Below are positions 42,874 through 54,952 of a stretch of 64,000 nucleotides of DNA, one piece after another. Under the pieces are notes generated by a model that was given only the letters and a program-made list of their open reading frames with translations, ran no database searches and was not told where the DNA came from. Position 1 is the first letter of the stretch; the number at the start of each line of letters is the position of its first letter. The DNA comes from Octopus sinensis (taxonomy: Eukaryota), in the NCBI RefSeq assembly GCF_006345805.1, contig NC_042999.1:86800001-86864000 (forward strand). The letters run 5' to 3'. The position numbers were made by a program, and so were the translations under genes.

Positions 42874-45800
42874 TATGCATATATTAAATGGCACACATTT
42901 CAACTTAGAATTTGAAACAGAAACTTATGTAATCGCTTGATTCTGTTATTATTGTTTTGATTACGTTTCTATTCTAGGCTGATAAACACTGTACAACAAA
43001 TTTCAGGGTCAAGAAAAAAAACATAGTTCTCATGTACATTTTATTATGAAGTTGATTTTGCTAAATTTGAAATTTGTAACAAAAATTTCCCATCACATCA
43101 CATTTTCATCTAAACTACTGACTTAATAACTATGCAATTTATACCGATTTCCACAATGCTATAAATATATTTTGCTCCCAAAGTCAGATCAAATATGTCC
43201 ATTGTAATTAATTCATAAATATATAATGAATTGGCATGTTTGTTAGTATTATATCATGTATTAACCTACATTTTAGTATTTACTTCATTTATGAGACATC
43301 TTAAGTGTTTAAAGCTTCAGCTTCCAGCAGAAGTCAACCAGTGCAGCTGCGCTCCAGTTTCCTTTATACCTGTTTTCCATTGATGCTATATCTTGATGGG
43401 ACCTCTCTCCATGCTCATCACTCACAACTCCTGCATTCTCTGAGAAGGACAGATGAGAATGAAGAAAGTGTATCTTCAGTGATATATTGCGTCCAATATC
43501 TTGGTAGCACTTGATTAGGCTCTCCACTATACTCACTCACTGGGTCACTTGGTGCTTTCCCAGAAGTTCTTTGCAATCATCTTTAAATGCATGCCAGGCC
43601 ACTAGCTCAGTTTCATCCATTGTCATCTTGAAGACCTCATCAACCATAAGTTGACGAATCTGAGGGCCTACGAATATGCCCTCTTTAATCTTGGCATCAC
43701 TTATTTTAGGGAAGATCACCTTGAGCTACTGGAAACATGGCTTGTTATGTTGCAGTGCTTTGGTAAATTGCTTTATTAGGCTCAGTTTTATATGTAGTGG
43801 TGGCAAAATGATTTTCTCCTCCTTAACTAGTGGCTCATAATTTACATTATGGCATCCAGGTGTCATAGTTTCTCCGAGGTGGCCATTCTTAGCATACATA
43901 ATGTTCTGATCTAGCCCTACTGTCCCACTTGCAAAGGAAGCACATGATGTCTTCAGTTTGTAGCCCATTAAGCAGGGATACTACTTTTAAGTATGCACAA
44001 ATAAGCCACTCATGCTCCATTTAATTTATGTGGTTTAGAATAAAAGTGAGGTTCTCATATATTTCTCTTAAAATGACTGAGTGAGCAATTGGAACTGAAG
44101 TGTGCAACAGAACTGCTTTTATGCTATAAAGGGATGCATCTATGAATAATCTCCACCCATTTGGTTCATAAGTCAGCTTAGGGGAATTGAATAGGTCCCT
44201 GATATCATTACAATAAGTCAAGTTGTTTTCCAAAGTGAAGAATTGCTATAGATCTGCAGAATGCTTCCTAAATACTGTTATTTGAGCATTTTTATCCAAC
44301 AGGTTCCATTATTGTAGACATAAGGCCAGGACTTCACTCTGTTGCTTGGTAAGTGTTAGAACACGAAATAGATCATTGAGTTCCTGTTGGGTGATGAGGT
44401 GTGGTTTCTTGTCAGATTTACCATGGATTTGGACCCATATAACTATAAAAATATTGAGTGTATTTTGTAATATTCATAGGTTAGGTTTACAAATACCTTA
44501 GAAACACCCCATTAAATTATATGAAAATCCGTTCATAACTTTTAGAGTTCTCAGTTTTGGTCCAATCCTGTTTGCATTCAATTCCTACAGAACCATCAGT
44601 GTATTTGACATAAGTAAGGTGGTAATTTATGAGACACTGGAGGGTCACAAAAGAAATGGATGTTATATTCATGGTCTACACATAAAATACCCCTAGAAAA
44701 GGTTATTCTCATTTCTGTTTTTTATTTTTTTCATTGTTATCAAGTCAATCTTTCTGTAAGTATCAGCTATGACTTTTCCTTTTAATATAATCTTTGCTCT
44801 TGTTTTCTCAGTTTAGCTTTAATAAAAATATCAGTTAATATGAATTACAGTTTGGATATATCCTAGCATAATCAGATCAACTCAAAATAAAAGATTCTTG
44901 CATTTTGTTTGTCACTTCTATCTCTTCAAATTCCACCTGTAATAACTTTTATTGTTTATGAACTACAATGTTTTTATGATCTTGAGCCATAACATCTGTA
45001 CACAAACATTATCACTGCCTTTAATCTGGCTATTAGCTCCAGTGCACAGAGTAAATGTCATAATTATTTGGTTATTGTTATACCATATTTCAGACCAATT
45101 TTTTTTTAGATCAAATCCTATCATATTGTTTCTTCATGGCTTTTTCACATATAGTGCAAGGGGAGTTTTTCTAGCTACATAATTTACAGAATAATGGCCT
45201 CTGAAAAATATATTTCCTCTCGTAAACAACATGAACTTTCTCTCATATTTTCTCAGACCTATTCATCTCACTCAACACTTCACAGAATAGCACCCTTATC
45301 TAATTCATTTGTTATTTAGATAGATCTGAGATTAGTGATTAAGGTATTCAGCTTGTGATTGTAAGGTCATAAGTTCGATTCCTGGTAGCATGTTGTGTCC
45401 TTGAGCAAGACACTTTATTTCTCATTGCTCCAGTTCACTCAGCTGACAAAAATGAGTTGTACCTCTAATTCAAAGGGCCAGCCTTGTCACACTCTATCGT
45501 GCTGAATCTCCCTTTGAACTATGTTAAAGGTACACATGTCTGTAGAATGCTTAGCCACTTGCATGTTAATTTCCTAAGCAGGCTTTTCATTTGACTGGAT
45601 CAAGCAGAACACACATTGTTATAATTGAAAGAATGAGGAATGTAGGGTTTCTCTACAGGTAACTTAGACATTGCTTCTTATGTGAAACCCACATCAACCA
45701 AAATATTAGTCTTGTTATATCCATTATTATGGAATTTGAGTTTTCAATACTTATCAACTTATAACACACACACACACAAGGTTTGCTTTTCATCCTTTCT

Positions 45801-48800
45801 ACTTTAACACCTCCTTGATTTAATTAATAAAACTTTGACTACATTTCTATTTTAGCCTGAACATTCCAGCAGTCCGACAGTAAGTATCAGCTATGTTTTT
45901 CTTATTACCTCCGCCTTAGCGAAGGCAGAGGTATTGTTTTTAGTTGTGCTTGTTTGTTTGTTTTTTTTTTGCCCATGGACAAAATATCTTAAGAACCGCC
46001 AGATGTATTCAGATGAAACTTTCAGTGATGTTTGGCCTCGTGACTGGAATGAACTGATAAGATTTTGGGATCGATCCAGTAACAGACAAGGACTCTGGAT
46101 TATTTTTCTTGTTTCTCTACTTAATTTTTGAGAGCAGGTGGATTCATTTTTAGTATTCACATTTGTGAGAGCAGTCAAGTTTATTTCAGATATTCTCATT
46201 TTAAAAATCATCTCTGGCTAATTGTTGAGAGGATGTTGTTCTTGCCTTGGTGGAGGTTTGCGCTCTCTGATTGCTCTTGTTTCTTTCAATATAATTTTTC
46301 ACTTGTTTTATCAATTGACCATTAATAAAAATTCTACTTAATGATATGAAAGCTGAAGGTAATATAAGCAGTTACTATGAATATCAGTATCATCTTTGTT
46401 TTAATGTCTACTTTTCCATACTTGCAGAGGTTTGGCATTTTGGTTTCTTGGTTCATGCTCTTTCTTGATGGAGCTGAGGTCACTTCAAGTTAGTGCTCCC
46501 AGAGATGTCATCATATGTAGAGCCAAGTCCACCAGTGCTCTCTATCACTGACAGTCCCATATCAGCCCATCTGCATCATCCAAGGTGACATCAAGCCTCA
46601 GGAGATCTTCCCCAATCATGTTCAGCCATCTGTTGCAGGGCCTGCCATGTAGCTTATTCTAGCCTGCAGCTAAAAATTAGCTTAGACAGAATTTCTGTGA
46701 CTAGATGTTTTTTCTATTGTTGACCCCTACCTACTTCTAATCAAAGTAATATTTTCCCAAGTCCTTTGAACATCAAACAGTGCCATGGCCAGATATGTTC
46801 TTCACAGAAAATTGCATACGGCTTGTGTAACGAGGAAGTTTGTTTACAATTAGTGTGCATGTGTATGTATGTATGTATTTACCTATGTATGTATGTATGT
46901 ATGTATGTATGTATGTATGTATGTATGTATGTATATATGTATGATGTATGTACGTATTTACCTATGTAGGTATGTACGTCAAAGTTTCCTCTCAGGGCGC
47001 TTACACTTTGTCGTGTATGCACACTAACATAACACATCCAGCAGAGAATACTAGCTTCATTTCTTTCAAGCCTTTCTTTCATGTCCTCAGAAGTCACTAC
47101 CCATCTTTCACTGCCATGTAGTATGGCTGTTCATAGACATGCATCATACAGTCTACCTTTCACTTTGAATGAGAAGCCCTTTGTTACCAGCAGAGGTAGG
47201 AGCTCTCTGAACTTTGCCCAGGCTATTCTTATTCAAGCAGCTACACTCTCAGAACATCCACCCCAGCTATTGACTTGGTCACCTAGGTAATGGAAGCTAT
47301 CAACTGCTTCTAGTTTTTCCCACTGGCATGTGCCGGAAGCTGTTTTCTGCACATTTTCCATGTTTATTGCCCCTGTGCATCTGCCACACACAAAAACTAT
47401 CTTCCCTTTGATATTGCTGCACCTCCTATGTGTCCTTAGCTTACACTGGGTACATCTTATGGAGTTTCTACCTACCCCTTTTCTACAGATTTTGCAGGGC
47501 CATCTACCTGAAGGGATTTGTGATTTGTCTGCCTTCCTTACTTACTAAGACTTTGTTTTTTGCTAGATTGACACTAAGTATCTTTGATTCTAGACCTTGC
47601 TTCTGCACCTAAAACGTCTTCTGTAGTCCTGGTAGTGACTCAGCTATTAAAGCAAAGTCATCAGTATAGAGGAGCTTCCAGTGGCAACCTGTCTTGAATT
47701 CCTCTGTTATTGCCTGGAGGACTATGATGAACAAGAGGGGGCTGAAGATGACTGATCCTTGGTGGACCCCTACTTCTACCCAGAATTCGTCACTATACTC
47801 ATTGCCAACCCTCACCTTGCTGACAGCATCCCTCTACATGGCTTGTACAGTTCTCAGTAACCACTCATATGTCACTAGTTTCTGGATTGACCACCAGAGC
47901 AGAGATCGGGGGAATCTATCAAAAGCCTTCTCCATGTCAATGAAAGCCAAGTACAGAGGTTTATCTTTGACTAGAAATTTCCCCTGCAGCTGCCTTGCCA
48001 GAAATATAGTATCATTGGTGCTTCTCCCTGGCACAAACTCAAACTGCATCTCGTCTAAACTAACTCTCTCCCTAATTAGTTGGGCTATGACCTCCATGAC
48101 TTTTATCGCCTGATCCAACAATTTGATACCTCTGTAATTATTCGTATTTAATGCATTACCTTTACCTTTGTAGCAGTTGACTATGATGTTGATACACCAG
48201 TCATTGGGTATGACTCCTTCATGTATCACCTGATTGACTATACGGGTGACTAGACTGTAGCCAACACCACCAGATATTTTAAGTATTTCTGCAGTGATAC
48301 CTGATGTGCCGAGTTTTTCCCTGTCTTCATAACCTTAATTGCTTTATCTACCAAGGTACTGTCAATTTGGATAGCTAGTGACTCTGTTGGGTCGACATTT
48401 GGCAGACTCTCTTTCTCCCATTCATTCTCTTCATTTGGAAACATTTCATAGTGGCGTTTCCAAGTCTCTCTCTTTCCATCCTCATTAAATGCATGTGAGC
48501 CATCATCCATGTGGACACATTCTCTCTCCTATGACATCATGATTCTCTCACACTTTACTTGCCACTGGCACAGGAGCCAGTCAGGGGTACTGGCATCGGT
48601 CACAATCGGTTGGTGCTTTTTACATGTTACTGGCACGGGAGCCAGTCAGGCGGACCTGGCATCGACCACATTCGGATAGTGCTTTTTACCCCTCATTGAG
48701 TAAGTATTACATCAGAGTATCTGCTAGCTAAGAAACATATGTGGGTTCATATCTCATCAATGGCCTTTGACTTTTACCATCTAAAAAGGGCTTTTCACCC

Positions 48801-51800
48801 TAATATTTGCATGCTATTATTTATAGCTTTATATGCTTTAAGATCCACTGTTCCACACCAAATAATGTCTTGATTTATTGAAATTGTCTTGGTTCCAGAG
48901 AAGATAGAACAATTATACAATGGTAATGGGATCATCTTTCAAATGAGAAAGAATATAACCACAAAACTCATGAATTATCAAAAAATTGATATGCCATTAA
49001 GAAAAGACATTTTGATTGCCTGGAGACAAGTGACAGCTGCAAACACTTGTTTCTGCTTCAATAGGCATCATCAGCACAGCAGTTGCTTTACCTTGTCTCC
49101 AGCAGAATGAGGTACTTGGTTATATACTTAGTTATAACCCTCGCCATATCACGGTTCACCTATTGCAGTTCACCTATTGCGGTTTATTATTTGAGCCTAC
49201 GTTTATTCCTCCATGTGTTGTTTTGCATTTATAATAAAATAAATATATACAAATTATGGCTGTGTGGTAAGTAGCTTGCTTACCAACCACATGGTTCCAG
49301 GTTCAGTTCCATTGCATGGCACCTTGGACAAGTGTCTTCTCCTATAGCCTCAGGCCGACCAAAGCCTTGAGGATTTGGTAGACGAAAACTGAAAGAAGCC
49401 CGTCATATATATGTATATGTGTGTGTGTGTGTGTGTGAGTTTGTGTGTCTGTGTTTGTCCCCCCCAACATCACTTAACAATCGATGCTGGAGTGTTTATG
49501 TGTGATAGAATAAGTACTAGGCTTACAAAGAATAAAGGTGGTACTCCAGCATGGCCACAGTCAGATATCTGAAACAAGTAAAAGAGAGTACAGTACTGTT
49601 TCTACTTCACCGATTTTCACCAATTGCACCTGGGATAGTCAAGGGATTATTGTATACAAAAGAGTAGGACACATTTATGGCTTAAGTCATTTGCATCTAT
49701 TTATACACATACACACACATATATACACATGTGGATACATATATGTATGCTATGCATAGAATTATTTATTACATTCTTACTACATTAAGGCCAAAATGTT
49801 CCTTGTTGATACAGTGACCCTTTAATCTTTAGAAGACATTATCATATTTTTATATATACCATAATATTCCATAAACAGGCATGGCTGTGTAATAACAAGT
49901 TTGCTTCCCAGCCATATGGTACTGGGTTGAAACTCACTGCATAACATCTTAAGCAAGTGTCTTCTACTATAGCCTGGGCTGACCAAAGCTTTGTGAGTGG
50001 ACTTGGTTGACAGAAACTGAAAGAAGTCTGTCACATGTGTTTGTGTGTGTGTGTGTGCATGAGTATGTATTTGTATTTCCTTGTTTTGACATTGCATGAT
50101 TGTTGTAAATGACTGTTGTTATACTAGCAGTGTCATTCATTTTTAGTATTTTGTGAAAACATGTCTTGCTTGGAAACAAGTGAAGATTGGCAATAGAAAG
50201 GGAATCTGCTCTTAGAAAAATTTGCCTCAGTAAACTTTGTCCAACCCATGAAAGCATGGAAAAATGGAGATCAAAATGATGATGATGATGACCTAATTTT
50301 CTAAAATAGAATTTCATTCAGACTAAATGTGTTACATATTCTTACTTTTAATGATGTGTGTTTGGTCTTGTTTTGCAGGCTTTATTTTCTTTATTTGAAT
50401 CTGGTGAACAGAAAATGTTTTCTCTGTCAAAAAAAGTGACACATCTATTAAATGAATATAAACAAATCTCAAAGATTATTATGAGTCATAATGAAACTGT
50501 TTCTCGAACTCCAGCAAGTGTCATTTCAACACCTTCAAGAGTACCACAATATAGAGATGATTCCTCTTATGATATTCCTCCATCAAAAATACCTTCAACT
50601 GTATCTACAGCTCAGGCTTCAGAGCTTATGTGCACATTATCAAAATCTATAGTACAAAGGACAACTCGAAGTGCATCTGCAGAGCCGTCACAAACGTCTA
50701 CAGTGTTCCAAGAATATGTCAAAAAAATCTTGTCTGCTGATTGGTTCCAGAAACGTTTTGGTGACCTTACAGATGTAAGTAATTTATAAACTTATATAAA
50801 ACATGACATGTAAACACAAACACACAGACATCCTCTAGTGTTCTTTAGTTTGCTTAATATACAAATAGTGTGCTAGTGTGTGTGTGTGTGTGTGTGTGTG
50901 TAAAGAGAGAGAGAGAGTGGAAGCAAGGCCTAGTATTGGTGTTTATTCTGTTATAGGGGCTGGTTGATTTTCTAATTCTAAATATGCTTTATTGAGGTCT
51001 GTTCCTGAAGTTACTCAAAGTATTTCTTATGAAGTTAGAATATCATTAATTTTAATGACTTGTTTATTATTGGTATGAAGAATTAATTTGGTTAATTTAT
51101 TGAAATTTAGGAAAGACTGAAGTCCTAGTTTGTAGGAAAGAAGAAAAATCACCAACCTCTTCTGGGAAATGGCCCTGCTTGTAATGTAGAAAAGGTGTAG
51201 TTGAGAATCCCATACAGTGTACCCAGTGCAAGCTATGGATACATAATAGGTGTAGTGGTATCATAGGAAGGTTAATAGAGAAAGTAGTCTTTGTATGTGA
51301 CAGACCTGCAGGTACAATAAACACAAAGAATGTACAGGAAATAGACTTCCTCAAATGTCTGGAGCAATCCTTAGAAGTAGTAGATAGCTTCTGTTACCAA
51401 GGTGACCAAGTTAACTGTGGAGGAGGTTGCTCTGAAAATGTAGCTGCTAGAATAAGAATGGGCTGGGCAGAGTTCAGAGAGCTACTGCCTATGTTGGTAA
51501 CAAAGGGCCTCTCCCTCAGAGTGAAAGGCAGATTGTATGATGTCCATGTATGAACAGCTATGCTATATGGCAGTAGGATATGGGCTGTGACTGTAGAGAA
51601 AATGTGAAGGCTTGAAAGAAACAAAGCCAGTATGCTGTGTTGTGTGGGTAATGTCAGTGTGCATATATGAGAGTATAAATGATATATGATAAAAATTGGG
51701 TAAAAAAGGTATCAGATGTAGTGTGCAAGAGAGAAGACTGTGTTGGTATGGTCAAGTGATGTGTATGGATAAGGGCAGCTGCACAAAGGAGTACCAATCT

Positions 51801-52613
51801 CTAACTGTGGAGGGAACCTGTGGAACAGGTAAACCCATAAAGATCTGGGACAAAACGGTAAGAAACGATCTCCAGATGTTGAATCTCACAGCAGAGATGG
51901 CAAGTGATTGAGATTTTTGGTGGTTTGCTGTGCTTCTGAAGACACTTCAAGCTAAGTAGAATCATGGCCATCCATACATACAACCATAATCTGTCTTGTC
52001 AAATCTTCTCAACCCATCATTCCAGGACCCCTCTTCTCACTACCTATGACCACCACCTGCTGCAGGCCCCTCCACTATCTCTCACATGCCTATCTGCACA
52101 TACACTTGCTACAGTCACCTTTCCCCATCTCTAGACATCTCCCCTCACCTCTTATAGAACATCCCCTTCTATCTTCTCTGTACCATTTATTCTCCCCCAT
52201 CCACTCTACTCTTTTACTTGTTTCAGTCATTTGACTGTGGCCATGCTGGAGCACTGCCTTTAATCAAGCAACTCGACCCCGGGACTTATTCTTTTGTAAG
52301 CCCAGTACTTATTCTATCGGTCTCTTTTGCCGAACCGCTAAGTAACGGGGACATAAACACACCAGCATCGGTTGTCAAGCAATGCTAAGGAGACAAACAC
52401 AGACACACAAACACACACACGCATATATATATATATATATATATATACGACGGGCTTCTTTCAGTTTCCGTCTACCAAATCCACTCACAAGGCTTTGGTC
52501 GGCCCGAGGCTATAGTAGAAGACACTTGCCCAAGGTGCCACACAGTGGGACTGAACCTGGAACCATGTGGTTGGTAAACAAGCTACTTACCACACAGCCA
52601 CTGTTTCATCATT

Positions 52614-52650
<37 letters not shown>

Positions 52651-54918
52651 CTGACTGTCTCTCTGTCTATCTTTCTCTGTAATACTATCTCTCCCATCTG
52701 AGAGGTCTTCACCTTGCAAGCTACTTCATGACCCTACTGGTTTTGGTGTCACATAAAAAGCTCCAGTGTTGGTGCTACATAAAAAGCACCCAACTCACTA
52801 AGTAAAGAAGTTGGCATTAGGAAGGACTGGTACTTATTTTATCGACCACGAAAGGATGAAAGGCAAAGTTGACCTCAGTGAAATTTGAACTCAGAACGTG
52901 AAGACGAATGGAATGCCACTAAACATTTTGCCCAGCATGCAAATGATTCTGCCAGCTCACTGCCTTATACATATCATCATCATTATCATCATCATTTAAC
53001 ATCTGTTTTCCATGCTGGTATAGGTTGGATGGTTTGACCACAGCTGGCAAGCTGGGGAGCTGCACCAGACTCCAGTCTGATTTGGCATGGTTTCTATAGC
53101 TGGATGCCCCTTCTTAACACCAACCACTTTACAGTGTGTGCTGGCTGCTTTTATGTGGCATTGCATGAGCACTTTTATGTGGTGTCACATTGGGGCTTTT
53201 ACTTGATGCTATATGGGGACTTTTATGCGGCACTGGCACTTGCAGGTCAATCCTCACCACCACTGTCACATGCTCAGCAATATTTTAGGTGTCATCACAG
53301 TGACATCAAAATCCCTGTGACAAGACAGATTATGTGTGTGAGTGACAGCATCATCACTCATACCTGTAATGTCACCATTATATATAATTTGCTATACACT
53401 TATGATAATGTTTATTATCTCAGATTCCTTTCTGTCAATTAAATCAGTGCTCCACAACTGGTATGCTCTGGCACATTGGTGTGCCACAAGATGATGCTAG
53501 GTGTACTGCAGTGTAACCTGAATGTAATTTTTTCCCCCTATACTTTTAGTTATATTTTTAGTTCAGTTGTGCCACCAAAGTTTGAAAAGAATATAAGTGT
53601 ACCTCAAGTGAAATAAGATTGTGGTGCACTGAATTAAATTACTGCAGCTGATCACAGTCAGCACTATTACATCACCATCACTAGTAGTGTAACATTCTAA
53701 TTGTCACTGTGACATTACCATCATTGTTGTGTGATCATTATCAGCCATGTGACATCATCATCATCATTGTGATGTTCCATACATCATTGTGATATCCCAA
53801 CCATCACCATGTTGATACATTATCATTGTGACAGCATCATCATGTGATTATTGCCAGCAATGTGACAGCACCATCATTATCATTATTGTGACACCATGTA
53901 AATTATTGTGCATTCACATCATCGCTATGACATTATCATTATTGTATGATACTTCTTCAAGTATCACTTGAAAAGGAAAGTGAGAGTAGAGAGGCAAGTT
54001 TTGTCTAGCGAATGTTTCAAAAAAAGATGGGTGAATGTAGCAAGGATGGCATGTATGATTGACGAAGCCACCTTGAGCATAATCCTATGAATCCGGAAAA
54101 ATTTAAAACAGATAGTTACTTACTTGCAAATAAATGTGTTAACATGTGACATTATTGACCGAGGTTACTGTGGTCTTTTCCGTAGTCTTTTCTTTCCACA
54201 GATAAAGCTTATCTGCTTCCCCCTTTACACTTTACATCATGACATTTCTGTGATATATGATCCCTATTGATCTTTTATTTTTACATTTTTACGATCCCTT
54301 TTGATCGAAAACCTACCCCACTTTTTTTTTCTCCCCAAAATTTGTAATTTGTCCAGTCTGTGTGCAGCCCTGCATGGCTAATAAAGAAACATTATCATTG
54401 TATGATCTCTGTCAATAGTGTGACATTAGTATCATCATTGTGACATAAGTTTCTTCTGCATTATTTCTTTACGTGTTATATCATGATATAATTTTCTTGA
54501 ATAAATCCTTGCTTATGTTTATTTTTCTCTTGTTTGATACAGATTCTGACAAACATGGTACACAGTAATGACTTCATCCTTTCCATAATACCATTGCTAA
54601 ATAGTAACTCCATGGAAATAAAATTCAATATTCTTAATACAATCATTGATACTTTCTCTAAATTTGGAGCAGACGACAGAGAAGCAATTGCAGAAGCAAT
54701 TGTCAATCTCTTGAAAGAAGATCCCTTTGATTTAGATTCAGGTGATGAAGATCGAAAAAATCTTATACAGCTTGCAATGTCATCCCTTGAAATTTTTCAC
54801 GTTGAAAATGATGACATGGTTATGCAACATCTGAAACATTACATTTATGGTGATGAAATTATAAGGTATATCCATTATTTTACTTTGTAATTGAACTATT
54901 TATCAGTGTGTTTCTATG

Positions 54919-54952
<34 letters not shown>

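Noticed and set aside
47694-48113. Plus-strand ORFs over RTE copies (also 40165-40512) and the minus-strand ORFs at 51097-51624
   Set aside because: Antisense shadows of LINE reverse-transcriptase sequence
48680-48716. gtaagtatt donor as a possible fourth microexon cassette
   Set aside because: Only 8 nt match, with no homologous acceptor or downstream intron similarity
48889-49110. 73-aa ORF with an upstream ttccag, as a candidate exon
   Set aside because: It needs phase 1 whereas the flanking exons are phase 0, and it ends in a stop. The minus strand reads CADDA (YADD-like) at 49064-49078, so it is probably the shadow of a decayed LINE.
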